From the human T2T-CHM13v2.0 reference genome, Homo sapiens, in assembly GCF_009914755.1 (NCBI RefSeq), contig NC_060927.1: DNA of 64,000 bases; one strand, 5' to 3'. How positions within the stretch are numbered: position 1 is the stretch's first letter; the number at the start of each line of letters is the position of its first letter. The notes below the pieces were generated by a model, which saw only the letters and a list, made by a program, of their open reading frames with translations, ran no database searches and was not told the DNA's origin. Made by a program: the position numbers and the translations under genes. Positions 43,960 through 58,539 of the stretch are shown in pieces.

Positions 43960-44600
43960 GCCTGAAACATTATAATGGCCAAACAACTGGCCTCCCAACC
44001 TCCTTTCCCCTCTTCAGTTTTTCCTCTACATTATAGCTAGAGATTTTGCTAAAATGTATATATGGTCATCCCATTTTTTACTTGAAACTGGTATCTTCCT
44101 GCCTATAAAACACATTTTGTTTCTTAGTCTCACATAGGAAATCCTTTTTAGTCTGTCTTGGGCCCAGGACTCCAGTCCGATTTTCCTCCCATTCCTACCT
44201 GCCCTCTTGGTTTTGAATGTTCCACACAACTTCATTCCTTTCTTTGTTAATTGGCTTTTCCTTTACTTAGAATGCTTTCCCCCTTCCTGCTTTTTAGGGA
44301 GAACAGGGTAAACTGTTCTCCCTATCCTTCATTGAGTCTCCTTTCTTTTTTCTAAAGTTTTTTCTTATCAGCATCCCTCCCCCAATTTGAGCTCATTTTC
44401 TAGAAAGAATTAATAGCTTTCTTATATGACTCTCAAGATATTTCTGTGTGGTTCTCTAACAGCCTTCATTTATTTTATATGGTAATTATAGATGTCCATT
44501 TGTTCTAGGGAAGGCAGGTGTCAGGTCTTACTCATCTTTATATTCCTGGTTTGACATACAGTGCCTGATGTCTAGTAAGCACTTGATATCTGTTTATTTT
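43960..44600 (+). mobile_element. L2 LINE fragments
   Basis: aactggcctccc...agctagagattttgctaaaatg...acagtgcctgatgtctagtaagcacttgata. Confidence 0.55.
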
Positions 44601-45783
44601 AATGTTTATGCCCTACATTATCTATCACAAGTATTAAAGATTGATAGGTGCTCTGTAAATGTTAAATTGAGTTAATTATTTTCAATCTTACAGGAAGTTA
44701 CATAAGTCATTCCTGTATTCATTTGTGAATTTTCGACATCCTATATTAAGAGTTGCACTTAGAATGTGAGTTCCATGAGGGCAACAGCACTTCTGTCTTA
44801 CTGCTCTGTCTGCTATGTTGGCCCATAATTAACCACTCAGTAAGCCTTTTGTGAAAACAACCTCAATGAGTCTTCTACCTCAAGTCTTTTGAATAGGAAT
44901 GGATTTAAAGCTGACCCCTAATACATCTTTCAAACTTTAAGTCAGTAAATTTTTTACAAACTTTTTTAAGTTGATAAATCCCTCAGAAATTATTCTGAGG
45001 AAGCTGATGGGATAGAAATGAAACAGACTAAGGGGCTCCAGGCAATCACCACTCCCCTTCGTTCTCCTTCCTCTGTTGGTGGGGATCAATAGAGCAGGAT
45101 CCTCAAAACTGTGGAGTTCTTTGGAGCATACTTTGAAAGCCTCTAATTCTATTCCACGCTCTAATTTCCAAAAGAGGGAACTGAGGCCCGTGGTGGTTAA
45201 ATGCCCTTTCCGAGGTTACACAGCTATACATGGTAGAGCCGACCCATGTCTTCTGACTCTCATCCCGTTGCACTTACAACTAGCCTGCATGTTCCCCTTT
45301 TCCCATATCGCATGGATAGCATCTTACGCATCTAAGTTTTTTTCTTTAATAATGATCTTCTCTTTTCTTTAAGAGACACCATCACTCCGAGTTGTACCAC
45401 TTGCACCAGGCTAAATTATTCCTCAGTGTTTACCCCTTTCAGATATTTATAGACCATCATTATGGCACTCCCTAGTCACCTGTCAGCTTCCTAATATGTA
45501 CATATATGGTTTCTTTAATCTTTCTGTACAGTCGGCTTCTCTAGTCCCTTAATCATTTGTACCATTCTCTCTCTAATGCCTATAAGGGAACTGTTTAAAT
45601 ATAGTCCATATGGGAAAAGTAACCTCAACATGTTGTAACAGGGGGCAGAAAAACACGCTGAATAGATGAAAGGAACAATCTACAGGTTAATTAGTAGTAT
45701 GGCCACAAATATGTGCACAGTTTTGTTTCAGAAATAAAGCAAGCTGTATTTGTTGTTAACTATCTCTTCTTTGAACTTAACAG

Positions 45784-46142
45784 AATGCTGATAATGCCAA
45801 GCTGTGTTTACAGTCCAAATTTTTGCTGAAGACCTTCAACTTTGCACTCTCCCTGTGTGGTATCTCTTGCCCAAGACAGAACTTCAAATAAAATCACATA
45901 GCTGATGCAAGAAACCGTTACTGAGCGTATCCATTTTTATGCAGTTTCTGTGGACTTACATGGTTTCTGGGAGCTCCCTATAAGCCTTAGTAAGGGAAAG
46001 CTCTTGACTTATCTCACTAGTTATTAGGGATTTGGATATATGTTTACTAAATGTGATAATCTAAGTATGGAAACTACATTAGTACAAGAGGAATCACCCA
46101 GAAATACTCTACTGGCATAAATAAAACATTACCTATTGCCCA
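45784..46142 (+). other. LPP: Putative alternative terminal exon of LPP, adding E-C-stop after ...DEYF (LIM-less isoform)
   Basis: Branch-like ttaac at 45756-45760, pyrimidine tract tatctcttcttt, cAG at 45781-45783; G|AA TGC TGA in phase with exon 7; AATAAA at 45887 and 46120. Confidence 0.6.
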
Positions 46143-46170
46143 GTTTTCTCATTTGTTTCATTTTGTAACT
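46120..46170 (+). terminator. Intronic polyadenylation site: AATAAA, CA cleavage site, downstream U/GU-rich element
   Basis: AATAAA 46120-46125, CA at 46141-46142, then gttttctcatttgtttcattttgt. Confidence 0.55.
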
Positions 46171-47519
46171 TTTATAATGTGTCAATAAGTTTGAAGTCTT
46201 GAAGGGCTGCCCAGAAACCACCACAGAGTGGATTTTCCTTACCCTCAATCTGCCTTCATCAAAATTTAGTTTGTGTGTTTATCCTATAAAATTTATCTCA
46301 TAATAAAAACTGAAGACTAGGACGGTCCTTAGAAAAACACTTGATTCGGTGTATTTATTTTATAAAAGGGAGTCACAGAGAGAAAATGTGGCCAGCTCAG
46401 GTACATGGCTTCCTAGGCAATGTTCCATTTCCCAAAACTTTCATTGGTCCAGAAAGTGTACCTTCATTCCCAACCAAATCCTTCCTATAATGCTTTCCAT
46501 GCCTTTCTTCTGTGGCTCTCTCTGATGATCTCACAGGTCTATAAGCTCTTACAGGTAGAAATATGATTTCTTGCTGTGTTCTTATTATAAAGCATTGCCA
46601 TGCAACTGAGAAGTAATGAGAGCCAGTGGATTTTATTAGAATGGAATTTTAACTTTTCTACTTTAAAACCCAGTGATTCTGCTAGTCTGGAGGTAGCAAA
46701 GAAGGATGACTATTTTCTCTCTCACACAAAGTAAGATTCTGAAGGGGCTTATTCTCTGAATGAAAAACGAGAGGAGAAAAGTAAGAACCTTCTAATGTTT
46801 TATTCAAATGTTAACAAAGAAATTTGAGAAGCGTGTTTCCTTAAAATTGACACCATTTTTATCCCAAACATTCTGGTAAGTGATAGCAGATGACTGTGCA
46901 AGCTTCTATGGAGAGAGAGAGAGGAATTTTTCCAGGAGCATAGTCCCAGTGGGAAGTATTACCTAAAAGTAATACACTAATCACTTTCAATCTTGCATAT
47001 TTCCACATACTGTGTGCACACATATGTGTATTAATAACTGTTCCCTAGACGTCACTTCAGCGCTCAGACAGCTTAGTGTTGCTATGCGAATGCTGGAGAT
47101 GGAATCAGATGCAGACTACAGTTTAGCAATGAGAATTCTTCAGAGATACAAGAATGGAAATGGCCTTAGGTCCTGCCTCATGGGTCTCCCTCTGAGCTCC
47201 AGTGTAACATCGGGTGTCAAGTATTTGTGGCCCCATCTGCCCACTCCACTGAGAATCTAAATGGCATTGCCAGTATTTGTGAGGTACTCATATCTTAAAA
47301 GTCAGTGTACTCAAATCAGTCTTGCATTCTACCTTGTGGATTTTGCATGGAAATTTTTTAGAATGTCATTGCTGATGGAAGCCCCAGATATATAAGTACA
47401 TCTGCTCCATCGTACTGGTGATTTTTATAGATATTCATAAGAAAATTTATTTTACAGCAGTTTATTTTAGAGGAATTCTTTGCATTTTATTTGTATGTGT
47501 GTATACTTATTTTACTGGC

Positions 47520-47585
47520 AGGATACACACACATGTATATACACACACACACATACATATATACACATACATACATATATATATG
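47520..47585 (+). repeat. (CA)/(TA) mixed microsatellite
   Basis: tacacacacatgtatatacacacacacacatacatatatacacatacatacatatatatatg. Confidence 0.85.
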
Positions 47586-47797
47586 AATGTATGTTTGTAT
47601 CCTGTCAGTAATACTTTGAGGTACCTAGGGCTGAGATTACTATTTCTCTTCCACCTATGGCTCAAATGGGTAAAATAGCTTACTCAAAGTCACAGTTCAT
47701 ACATGTGGTGCAGCTTGAATCAAAACTCAATTCTTCTATCCACAGATTTACCACTACTTGAGTAGTCTGTGGTGTTTAAAAAAAATAATAAACAACA

Positions 47798-48098
<301 letters not shown>

Positions 48099-49214
48099 GA
48101 CGAAGAAGTAACAAAGCCAAACTGGAAAGTTTCTGTTAAATGAATGTTCTAGATAATACCAACGTATAAAGCAATCATTTTATACCAGCTATGGTCAAAC
48201 AGGGACCAGAGCCTTGACTTTTTTTTGCCTCAACACAGCTCTGCAGAACCCACTCAGTACCCCATGTCCTACTGCCATTCCTTTGGTTTCCAGAACATTG
48301 AGATGTACAAATCCAAAACACCACAGTGTTTCAGAGAGAAATGGCATGACTCTACTGGTTGCAATTGTAATGGAGTTCACCTTGTTCTGGAGTCATACAG
48401 AAGCCATGTTGTAGACTTAGTGTCCCACGCAATACTCCTAATTACAATGAAAATCTACTGTTAGGTAGAAGGAGAAATTCCTCACAATCAGGCAACAGCG
48501 CCTACTAGTGGGAAGAAACTGATACTTGAGGTAGGGCACCTGGGAGATAGCTCTGTGCATCTTGAGAGAGTGCTACACTGAGAGCCCAAAGGCTCTCAGG
48601 TCTCATCTCTCCTGACAGCTTGCTATGACATCTTAATCAATGAATTGCCTCTCTCTTACCCTTTGTTATTGAGTCTGTAAATGAAGAGTTTGGAATGGCT
48701 ACTTTCTAAATTTTCTACACGTCCTATGACCCTTGAAATCCTCTTAACAATGTATTATGGATACTTTGCTACTAAACGGTAAAACAGAATCCCGAGTAAG
48801 ATGAATTGGCTTCCTAAGGAAGTAGTGTCAGGGGAGAATAGCACCATCTTTGGGGCCAGTTCCATTTATGCAGGTAATATGGTATGGTCCAGCTCAAAGA
48901 TCACTGGACTGGGCTGAGTTGCAACTCTGCTACCTACTTCTCAAGTCATGTACAAGGTCATTCCTATGTTAACTCATGTGTTGGGAAGATGATAATTGTC
49001 TCATTTAGCTTTTAGTTATTATAAGATTCATATGAGAATATAGAAATTATGAAGTTTTATGTGAATCTGCAAATTTATTTTCAGTCTTTATATATCACAA
49101 TTTTAATTTAGGCTAATTATAATTTTTATTTTCCCCTTTTTGTTCTATATTCTAAATTCGTATCTCCCATGGAGGCAGGTACTGTATGGACAAAATCTTT
49201 TATTAGTCACATAT

Positions 49215-49567
49215 TGTTTTCATCCATTTTGTGCTGCTATAGCAGAATAACTGAGACTGGGTAATTTATAAAGAATGAAAATTTATTTTATCACGGTTCT
49301 AGAGGCTGGTAAGTCCAAGATCAAGGCACCAGCAGGCTTGGTTTTCTGGTGAGGGCTACTCTCTGTTTCCAGGATGGTGCTTTGTGCTACCTCCTCACAT
49401 GGCAGACAGTGGAAGAGCAAGCCAGCAGAATGCCGCATGAAGCCTCTTTCACAAAGGGCTTTATCCCATTCATGACAGAGAAGCCCGTATGGCCTGATCA
49501 ACACTTTTTAATAAAATCACAATATCTACTGCTGAATTTTGGAGGGAACCAATTCAAATCATAGCAC
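49215..49567 (-). mobile_element. MaLR solo LTR (MST/MLT1A-like)
   Basis: ccattttgtgctgctatagcagaata...gactgggtaatttataaaga...ggttctagaggctggtaagtccaagatcaagg...aattttggaggga...ttcaaatcatagca. Confidence 0.85.
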
Positions 49568-49644
49568 ACATCTTTTCTAAAATGGAAAGGGTAATATGAT
49601 CATTGGAGAAATACTCATTCCTTTGCATATTGGTTTACTATCCA

Positions 49645-49945
<301 letters not shown>

Positions 49946-50909
49946 GTTTACTATCCAGAGAATCTTGTCCAGGTTAACACTCTTTTTTGTCTGCTTTCTT
50001 CTTTTGTGAAACAAGAAGGTAAGAGGGACACTGGAGAAAACCTAATGTTCTTTACAAAATGAGTCATAGTTCTCCATCTGCAAACTGTGGCTCCCATTTA
50101 TGTCTTGGTGTCAATATGACTATTACATGTTATGTACATGGATTCCACCTCATTTGCAACATAGTCTTCTGCCTGAGCTCTGTTTGTTGGATCTGATCTA
50201 ACTTTACATGGTCTTAAGTCACACATTGAACTCTTAAGTTCTGTAGGCCTCTAAGCCTTTTTAAGTTTTAGTATTTTCATCGTTAAAATGAGAGTGATTA
50301 TAACCCTTGCTTTGCTGCCTCCAAATATTATTGAGGGATCAAATGCATTGATAAATAAGATAAAGCACTAGACAAATATAAGGGATGCTTGATGACTTCA
50401 CAGAGGGAAGATTATTCTGTTGCTGGCTGCTGAAATACAGTAGCTTTAGAAAAACCCCTTTGGGTTCCCTTATTATCAGGTTTGGTCTCAAATAACCAGA
50501 ATAAATTTGGAGATTTCCTACCACAAAAGCTAAAAGTACCTGGGCAGATTTACCCTTTGAGTGGACCTAAGGGAAATGCAGATTCCCACGGGAGAGATCA
50601 CGGAGCAGATTCAAACCATAAGGCAAAAATAATTGTTGCAATAGCGGTTCTAACTGTACTAGTAAATATTGATTTTTCTGTTAGCAGATCAATCATGAAA
50701 TGAATTCTAAATATAGAAGACTGGTTAAAAAATTAAGACGGAGAATGTGAAAATGTCCATGTGTAAAAATTAACTTAAAGAGAAATCTTGCTTTGGCCAA
50801 AAGAAATACTACTGTTTCTGTCAGGAATGTTCTGTGATTTAATCAAGTTTCCTGCCTGGCCAGATGATTTTAGGAATTGTGGACTTTTAAAGTAGTAAGT
50901 CAGTTTAGA

Positions 50910-51150
50910 AAACTGGTTAAGTGGACAGATGTAAAGTCAGACTGCCTAAGCCCCAATTCCAGCTTCAATATTTAACTCTGTGGTTGTGGGCAAGGCACAT
51001 AATCTCTTTATGCTGCCTTTTCATCAACTGTTATGGAGATAATGATAGAACCTACATCATAGAGTTGTTGGGGTGACTACATGAGATAATACAATTAAAT
51101 ACTTAACACCTGGTCCATAAAAAGCGCTGAATAAATATTGACTATTATCA
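50910..51150 (+). mobile_element. MIR SINE, near full length
   Basis: tggttaag...agtcagactgccta...ataatgatagaacctacatcatagagttgttg...aataaatattgactattatcatc. Confidence 0.75.
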
Positions 51151-52869
51151 TCACCCCGGGGTCTACAAATTTTTGTAGGATTAGGATTAGGATTGAAATT
51201 TCTACCGAAAAATTCCATCAGTAAAATATTGATAAATATAAATCTTAACCAACTGCCTCAGAGACATAGGGACCTCTATTTTCCACTCATTGACTGTCAT
51301 CTTTAGAGAACAGTCCAAAGCATGTGCCTTTCTGTTCTAGTTGTTATGAGCTCTTTATTTTGAAGTTGAACTATATACTTCCTATAGTTTAAAGGAGAAA
51401 GAAGTAGGTCTCATGCTGGACACCTTCTAGATGTTACCTCCTCCGAATTTCATAGCCAAGTATTTAAGGCAGTTATGATCATCTCCCTCTTAGAGAAGCC
51501 TAGGAAAGGTTACTGCAGTGCTTGACAGCAAATAGAAACTCACCAAGTGCATTTGTTGAGGGATTGACAGAATGGCTGGATAAGTGACTCAACTAAGACC
51601 ACTTATCTAGTGAGTGCGTCTACTCAGCTGCTTGTTTTGAAGACAAGGAAATTCGGGCTCAGAAAATTTAGGAAACTTGTCTAGGCTGCCAATAGCTAGT
51701 AACAAAGGCAAGAATTGCATATCTGATTTTCTTTACACCATGTTATATCTAACTGTTCAAAAGATAACCATGTATTATACTCGAAAATGCAAAACAGGGT
51801 TGTTTTTTGTTTTGTTTGTTGTGGTGGTGGTGATGGTATTTTTGTTTTGTTTTTGCTACTTTTCCTGAGAGTGGAAGTTGTTATCAAAAAGTTACTGTCA
51901 TGACTACTATGTGTATAGATGCTATTAGTTTCATCAAGGTTGGGAATAGGGTATATGTTGCCCAACTTTCTGCCCCTCTCCGCCTCATATTAAAGTTCCA
52001 GTTTCCTAGAATATATCTCCTGGGAGATTTGGCACTAGCCATCACTGCATTCCAATACCCCGGGACAAACTACTCTTGGTGGAACACAGAAGCATACAGT
52101 CCTTGTTACAGCAGTGGTTCTCAAACTCACATTCCTGATGGAAAGCTAGAGTTGAAGGGTCAACACCCAAGAGCTGCAGTGGAGGACCATCACCTGTCCT
52201 GATTCGCCACCTGTGGTAGATCATGACTTTCACTAAGATCCCCTGAGGCTTGTGGGGATGGAGAAGTGATGCTGGACTGGCCCTTCCTCTTTCCCTGCAG
52301 GTGTTAATGGGTTCTGCTCCTAAACAATACTGATATAGGTCAGAGTTATGATTGAATTGTATACATAGAAACATGTGCTGATTGAGAAAATGGGCTTTAC
52401 AAGTCAGACCTGGTTCCAGTCTCAGCCACACTACATTCTGCCTTTGAGACTTTGGCCAGGTGATGGAACATCAGGTTTCTTATCTAAAAAGGAGAATAAT
52501 TGGTTGGTAGGACTAAATGAAAAAATGTATGTGAAATGCTTAGGACAGTGCTGAGCACAGATAAAAATGCACAATAATTTTCTATTTTTTGTTAGTTTCC
52601 TTCACAATACATATATTTACATCAGCGAAACATGCTTGCTTTTGCAACCTTCTGTGGGACTCCCCCTCCTAATTTACCACCTCACCTGAAGTTCTAAGCT
52701 AAGCAAATCTCTGTCTATAAATGAATCACATCGTGGTTAGACTTTATAACAACTTCCCCTTGCCAGGAGATCACTCAGCCTTCACTTCATCTCATCTGGT
52801 TTGCTGCCCAGGCCTTTATCCACTCATTCCTGAACTCCTCTCCCTGACAACCTTGGGGTTTTGGCTTGT

Positions 52870-52914
<45 letters not shown>
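52870..52914 (+). repeat. (TG)n microsatellite followed by a T-rich tract
   Basis: About 22 TG units with one CG variant. Confidence 0.95.
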
Positions 52915-52917
<3 letters not shown>

Positions 52918-53854
52918 GTTTTTTGTTTTTTTTTACTTTACCTTAATTTCTCTTTTTGGACTAAGATGTTAAAATGTTTCTTAATGTGACTGTCTCCGAA
53001 ACTGTTTTGTGTCTACCACTCATCCTAGTGGCAGTCATTGATCCTTTTCTTGTTGCGAGTGTTTGAGTGTGGGTGTGTGTGAGTGTGTATATGTATTTGT
53101 AGAGGGAAAAACAAGAGAGAGGGAAACAGACATTGGAGCCACCTTTCCCCCACTAGCCACGTACCTGTTGAACCTTCAAGCCTCTCTATAGAATCAGATA
53201 TACACAAGCACAGTGACAGAACTACATGTGTCCTACAGTCCAGCTTTTAAGATATGATAAAAACTCTTGTATTCACAGAGCTAAATGGCAATAACCATAG
53301 GAGATTGCATATTGCTACATTATGTAAAGACAGAGTCCCAAGAAAATAGTGAGAACTCAGTTTGATGTATGATGTGATATGTGATATCTTACTTTACATG
53401 GCTAACAGTTGACATTCTTTGTGGATTCTATATTGTCTAAGGCTACAGCAGAGCCATATGATAAATTCATCGGCAACCCAAAAGAAGCCTGTTCTATCGC
53501 AGTGCTTCCAATTAATATAAGTAAACCACTTTCTCTGGCTCAATGCTACCAAAATATTTTATGAGAAAATTTAGCTGATTCTGCTCATGTATATTTTCAA
53601 TGGATGGAAAGCCATTGCAAACTTTTCAAACTAAAATATAAAGATAGCATTAGGGAGAATACTCTCTCTGGTGAAAAACAACATGTATTATGATGCGTTA
53701 GGAATTTCTTTTTTTCAGCCAACTCGTGGTTGAGCAGTCTGTCCCCAAACTGTTTTGCATGCGGACGAAACCTGTTTGGGCGATACTTGTCAGCTTTTCT
53801 TCTGACAAGCAGGACAGAAATAGGCACCCCCGGAACACTGAGTTTGACTTGACT

Positions 53855-54016
53855 CAACATAGAATCACCTGGAGAGTTTTAAAAGTTTCTCTCCTGTAAT
53901 ATCCCACCTCCAGACCAATGAAATCAGAATCTTTGGAGTTGGGAACCAGGGATCAATATTTTTTTTTTTAAGTTTCCCAGATGATTGCAATATACAGGCA
54001 AGATTGAGAGTCACTG
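53855..54016. mobile_element. MER5A-like hAT-Charlie element
   Basis: agaatcacctggagag...ccagaccaatgaaatcagaatct...tttcccagatgattgcaat...ttgagagtcactg. Confidence 0.8.
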
Positions 54017-54819
54017 TCCTAGAGTATAAGCAGTTTAAGAAACAAGTTGTCTATTATTACATGCATCAATACTACAGAGTCCATGAAATAAAAGCTTTGG
54101 TGATAAGAAAATGCCACCATCCTAGAGCCTTCAGTTAACATCATATGGGCCTGTCATATAAAGAATGCAAACTCATTCTGTTATCTTTTTGGGCCTTCAG
54201 TGGAAGATAATTTTTAAATCAGCTTAATGGAAACTGTGCTTCAGGAAAATAACTTCAGTAGCCATATGTAGGATAAACTGGAGCAGGTTTTGTTTCTAGG
54301 AATATGTTGCCATCATTTCACTACCCTTATATAATCTTATTGATTCAACTTTTAGAACCAAGACTTTTTGCAGAATATATCGAAGAATGTGCTTAATGGG
54401 AATGCTGATATATCATACAATTGGCATATAGAGCTTCAGTTCATTATCATATTTAAAGGTACAATATTAATTTTGCTTGTGCTTAAAATGTCTATTATAA
54501 TTCAAGTAGCAAGGAAGACATAAAGAAAAATGTGACCTGGCTTTACATCTGCACATATTTAATACTTTACATTTGATGGTGAATAATGGGAAAGTTTGGG
54601 AGTATGTCATGCTCAGTCACCATGCATCAACTCCCAAAATGGCTGTGGACAGCTTTGGTCCTGCCTCAAAACAAGCACTGCTTGCAAAAGAGGGTCTGTG
54701 GCTTATTTTTATCAGTTGTGTGGTGATCACAGGAAAAACATTTTAAATAAAAAGTTTATTTTGCCATCATGAAAGAAACAAATTCATATTACCAAAAGAG
54801 AAAATAAATATGACAACCC

Positions 54820-55139
54820 AGCCTGGTGCAGTGGTTCATGACTGTAATCCCGGCACCTCAGGAGGCCAAGGTTGGAGGGTTGCATGATCCCAGGAGCTTG
54901 AGACCAGCCTGGGAAGCACAGCAAGACCCTATCTGTACAGGAAAATATTAAAAATTAGCTGGGCTTGGTGGCGTGTGCCTATAGTCCCAGCTACTGGTGG
55001 CAAGGGCTGAGGGAGGAGGATCACTTGAGCCCAGGAGTTCAAGGGTGTAGTGAACCATGATCGCACTACTGCCCTCCAGCCTGGGCAACAGAGTGAGATC
55101 CTGTCACAAAAAAAAAAAAAAAAAACAAAGAAAAGAAAA
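54820..55139 (+). mobile_element. AluJ-like
   Basis: gcctggtgcagtggttcatgactgtaatccc...ggaggatcacttgagcccaggagttc...A-rich tail. Confidence 0.92.
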
Positions 55140-57250
55140 CCCATATCACGCTATGCCACTTCTCTTGTTCAACCTGTAGATTTCCCTGGAATGCCACTAT
55201 TCACCCATGCCATCCCCAAAAATGACTTGTTAAAATTCTAACTCTTCAGATTAGCTCCATTATTAAGACTTCTGTAAAGTCTTTCTGTTGGTAAGAGGAG
55301 GTAAATCAGAGATATCAGAACAATCAGGAAGCCATTGCAATAGCCTTTGAAAGGAAGGGTGATTAGGTAGTAGGCATGTGGTGGAAAGCAGGCATTTCTG
55401 ACACATTGCTGAGGTTGCTATAGATGGGAGAGCAGAGGTGAAGGATAAGAAGAATTGTTGGCTGAATCTAGAGTCAGTACAAAGCAATATATAAAATAAG
55501 TAATAATATATAAACACCATTTTTGGTTTTGTTTGGAAATCTTAATTCACTGACAAAGTTCCCCATCGGCTGCCGGCCCTCTGTCATCGGATCTTTTGAT
55601 TGACTGACTGCTCAGCATTGGCAGCAAGCTCTTCACACCAGCCCTGGGTCTGAGCTAATCAGCTGTGTTTCCTTCATGCTCTGATGCCTTGAAGTTTGGT
55701 ACTATTCTCCTGGTTTCTCTTGTTTAAAAGTGCTGAGATACTTGTCTAAAAGATGGGCCTTAAGATTGTGGTGTGCTTTTAATAATGTGTGGGGTAAGTG
55801 CCTCTAGAGGCAAGCATACACTATGCTTGAGTAACTTTCTCTCCATTCTGAATCTCTCCCTAAAGGACACAGTTTGTAAATGTTTGTTCATGTGAAAAGG
55901 GAAGATTCAGGTACCTTTTCTGTCCTACTGATGTGTGGGGCTATTTTTATGTTTTGTTCTTCACTTTTTTCTGTACTTGTGATTTAAAGGTGCCAGACTG
56001 GTTACCCTCAAGGCTAGTGTCCCCACTGTATCCCAAGAATAGAAAAAATAATGAGAGGCAGCAAAACTGGCCTGTGTCTGAGTCCAGCATATTAGGCTGA
56101 CCCACTCTAGAGGAATATTCTCCAAAGCATAAAGTAGAAGATCATTCCTTAGGAATACAATACAGTCCATCTGTTTTCATAGCTGAGAAGGCAATTCCGT
56201 GTCATGCCATCATGGAGCCACTGCAGTGTTTTGGTATCCAAGCCATAGTCACTCATTCTCTCCGTGAGGGAAAACTAGAATGTCTTTTCCTCTTCCACCT
56301 TTACCTTTCAAAATTCCATCCTTGAAGGTTCGGCTCAAATGCTTCTTTCTCCACACAACCTTTCCTGAGCCCCTGTGAGTGTGGTTTTCCTTCCACATTC
56401 CATAGCACTTTCTTCTAAGACGTGTTACATGCTTTGCCATGTGACTATTGCATGTAGGTTGTCTTGACTGTGAGAGGCACTGACATCGTGACATCGTCGA
56501 ATTCATTTTTGTATATCACACAGAAGGAGAACATAGTCGTGGGCAAGAGTAGATATTTGAGGTTGAATAGATGGACCATTTCAAAGCTTATCTTTTCAGC
56601 CTGACCTTTAAGGCTTTGCTCTGGCCGTTCCCTCTAAATCAGTGATTGAAGTTTGCTCCCAGATCCTCATGAGTAGCTATCAAACTCTCCATAAGCCATG
56701 TAGGCTCAGGTTCTTGGATTCCAGGTATTACACTTCGGGCATCATAGTCTGAATCAAAATTGCTACTTTTAGCTGCTTAGTAGACTGCCATTACCAATAG
56801 TTTAATGAGAACTACTTTTTTAGGGGACGGGGGGAAGTGTGGTCCACAGATCCCTGATAGCCCTTCGTGTACTATGTAGTGAATCTGCTTGACATCTAGA
56901 AAAGGGAAGAGTAATATAGAAAAAGAATTTTGTTGACCTGCCTGCATTTAACAAATGTAAAATGTAAAATTACAGCTTTCACAGGAATCTAATATGCTTT
57001 TAATAATCATATGGATTGGTAATCCATTTACTCCTAATCCCTAATTCGTTTTCTGCAATGAAATGTTGTCAAAGGGTGGCATGAAGCTGTTAGAATTTAA
57101 GCATGATTTTCAAACATAGCACATTTTTTTTGTGGTTTTGTTTTTTTGGTTTTTTTTTTTTTTTTTTTTCAGAATAATTTCAAAAATAGTGCCATATGAA
57201 ATAGTTTTGTTACTGTTGGCAGGAAAGTCCAAAATGTTATCTCATAATAA

Positions 57251-57775
<525 letters not shown>

Positions 57776-58029
57776 TAAAGTCACATTCAAATCCCACAAC
57801 AGGATATAAAGAAATACTTTTCAGGGCCAAATACAACTGGAGAGGATTAGAAATAAATTTACCTTTTTTTCTCTCACGTTGAAACATCTAGCCCTCCCAT
57901 GTTTGAGTGTGAAATGGCTGTCAATCCAATGTGATGGAGTGCTGAAAGCCGTCTTCAGTGAGAAGTCTCTCCATAATGCTCCCTAACATCAGATCCATGT
58001 TAATCCTGATGCACAGAACTGGGAATAGG

Positions 58030-58235
58030 TAATATAGCATAGTGTTTAAGAGCACAGATGCTGAAGTTAGACTGCTTAGGCTGGAATTTAGTTAACCATT
58101 TGTGTGACTCAGTTTCCTCATCTGTGAAATAGGCATAATAACAGTACCTGCATATAGACTGTTGTGAATATGAAATGAGTTAATATATCTAAAGCCCCTA
58201 GAAAAAGTCTGACATATGTGAAGCACTACATTTGC
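58030..58235 (+). mobile_element. MIR SINE
   Basis: tagcatagtgtttaagagcacagat...ctcagtttcctcatctgtgaaataggcataataacagtacct. Confidence 0.8.
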
Positions 58236-58539
58236 TATACCTTATCTATCAAAGCCTACAGCTTCTGGCTAACATTCCCAGTGTTCTATAATTATTAGAT
58301 AGAATTTTTTTTAACTTAGTAGAAACAAAGACTAAGAAGGGAAACTAGATGTGGACGTGACGTCTAGCTCAAGATTCCCATGATGGAGCCACATAGAGAT
58401 ATGGATGGCAACCAGCATAATGCCTCTCACTGACATAACTATTTGTCTGAATTTATATTTTATTGTTATTATTTAAAGCTTACTGCAAATTTTAAAAACT
58501 GAAACCTGATGTCCATATGTAGGCCAGATGCCACATTAA

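Noticed and set aside
52042-52431. 129-aa minus-strand ORF and 126-aa ORFs at 43503 and 60456
   Set aside because: No recognisable domain, partial overlap with MIR or simple repeats, and lengths within chance expectation.
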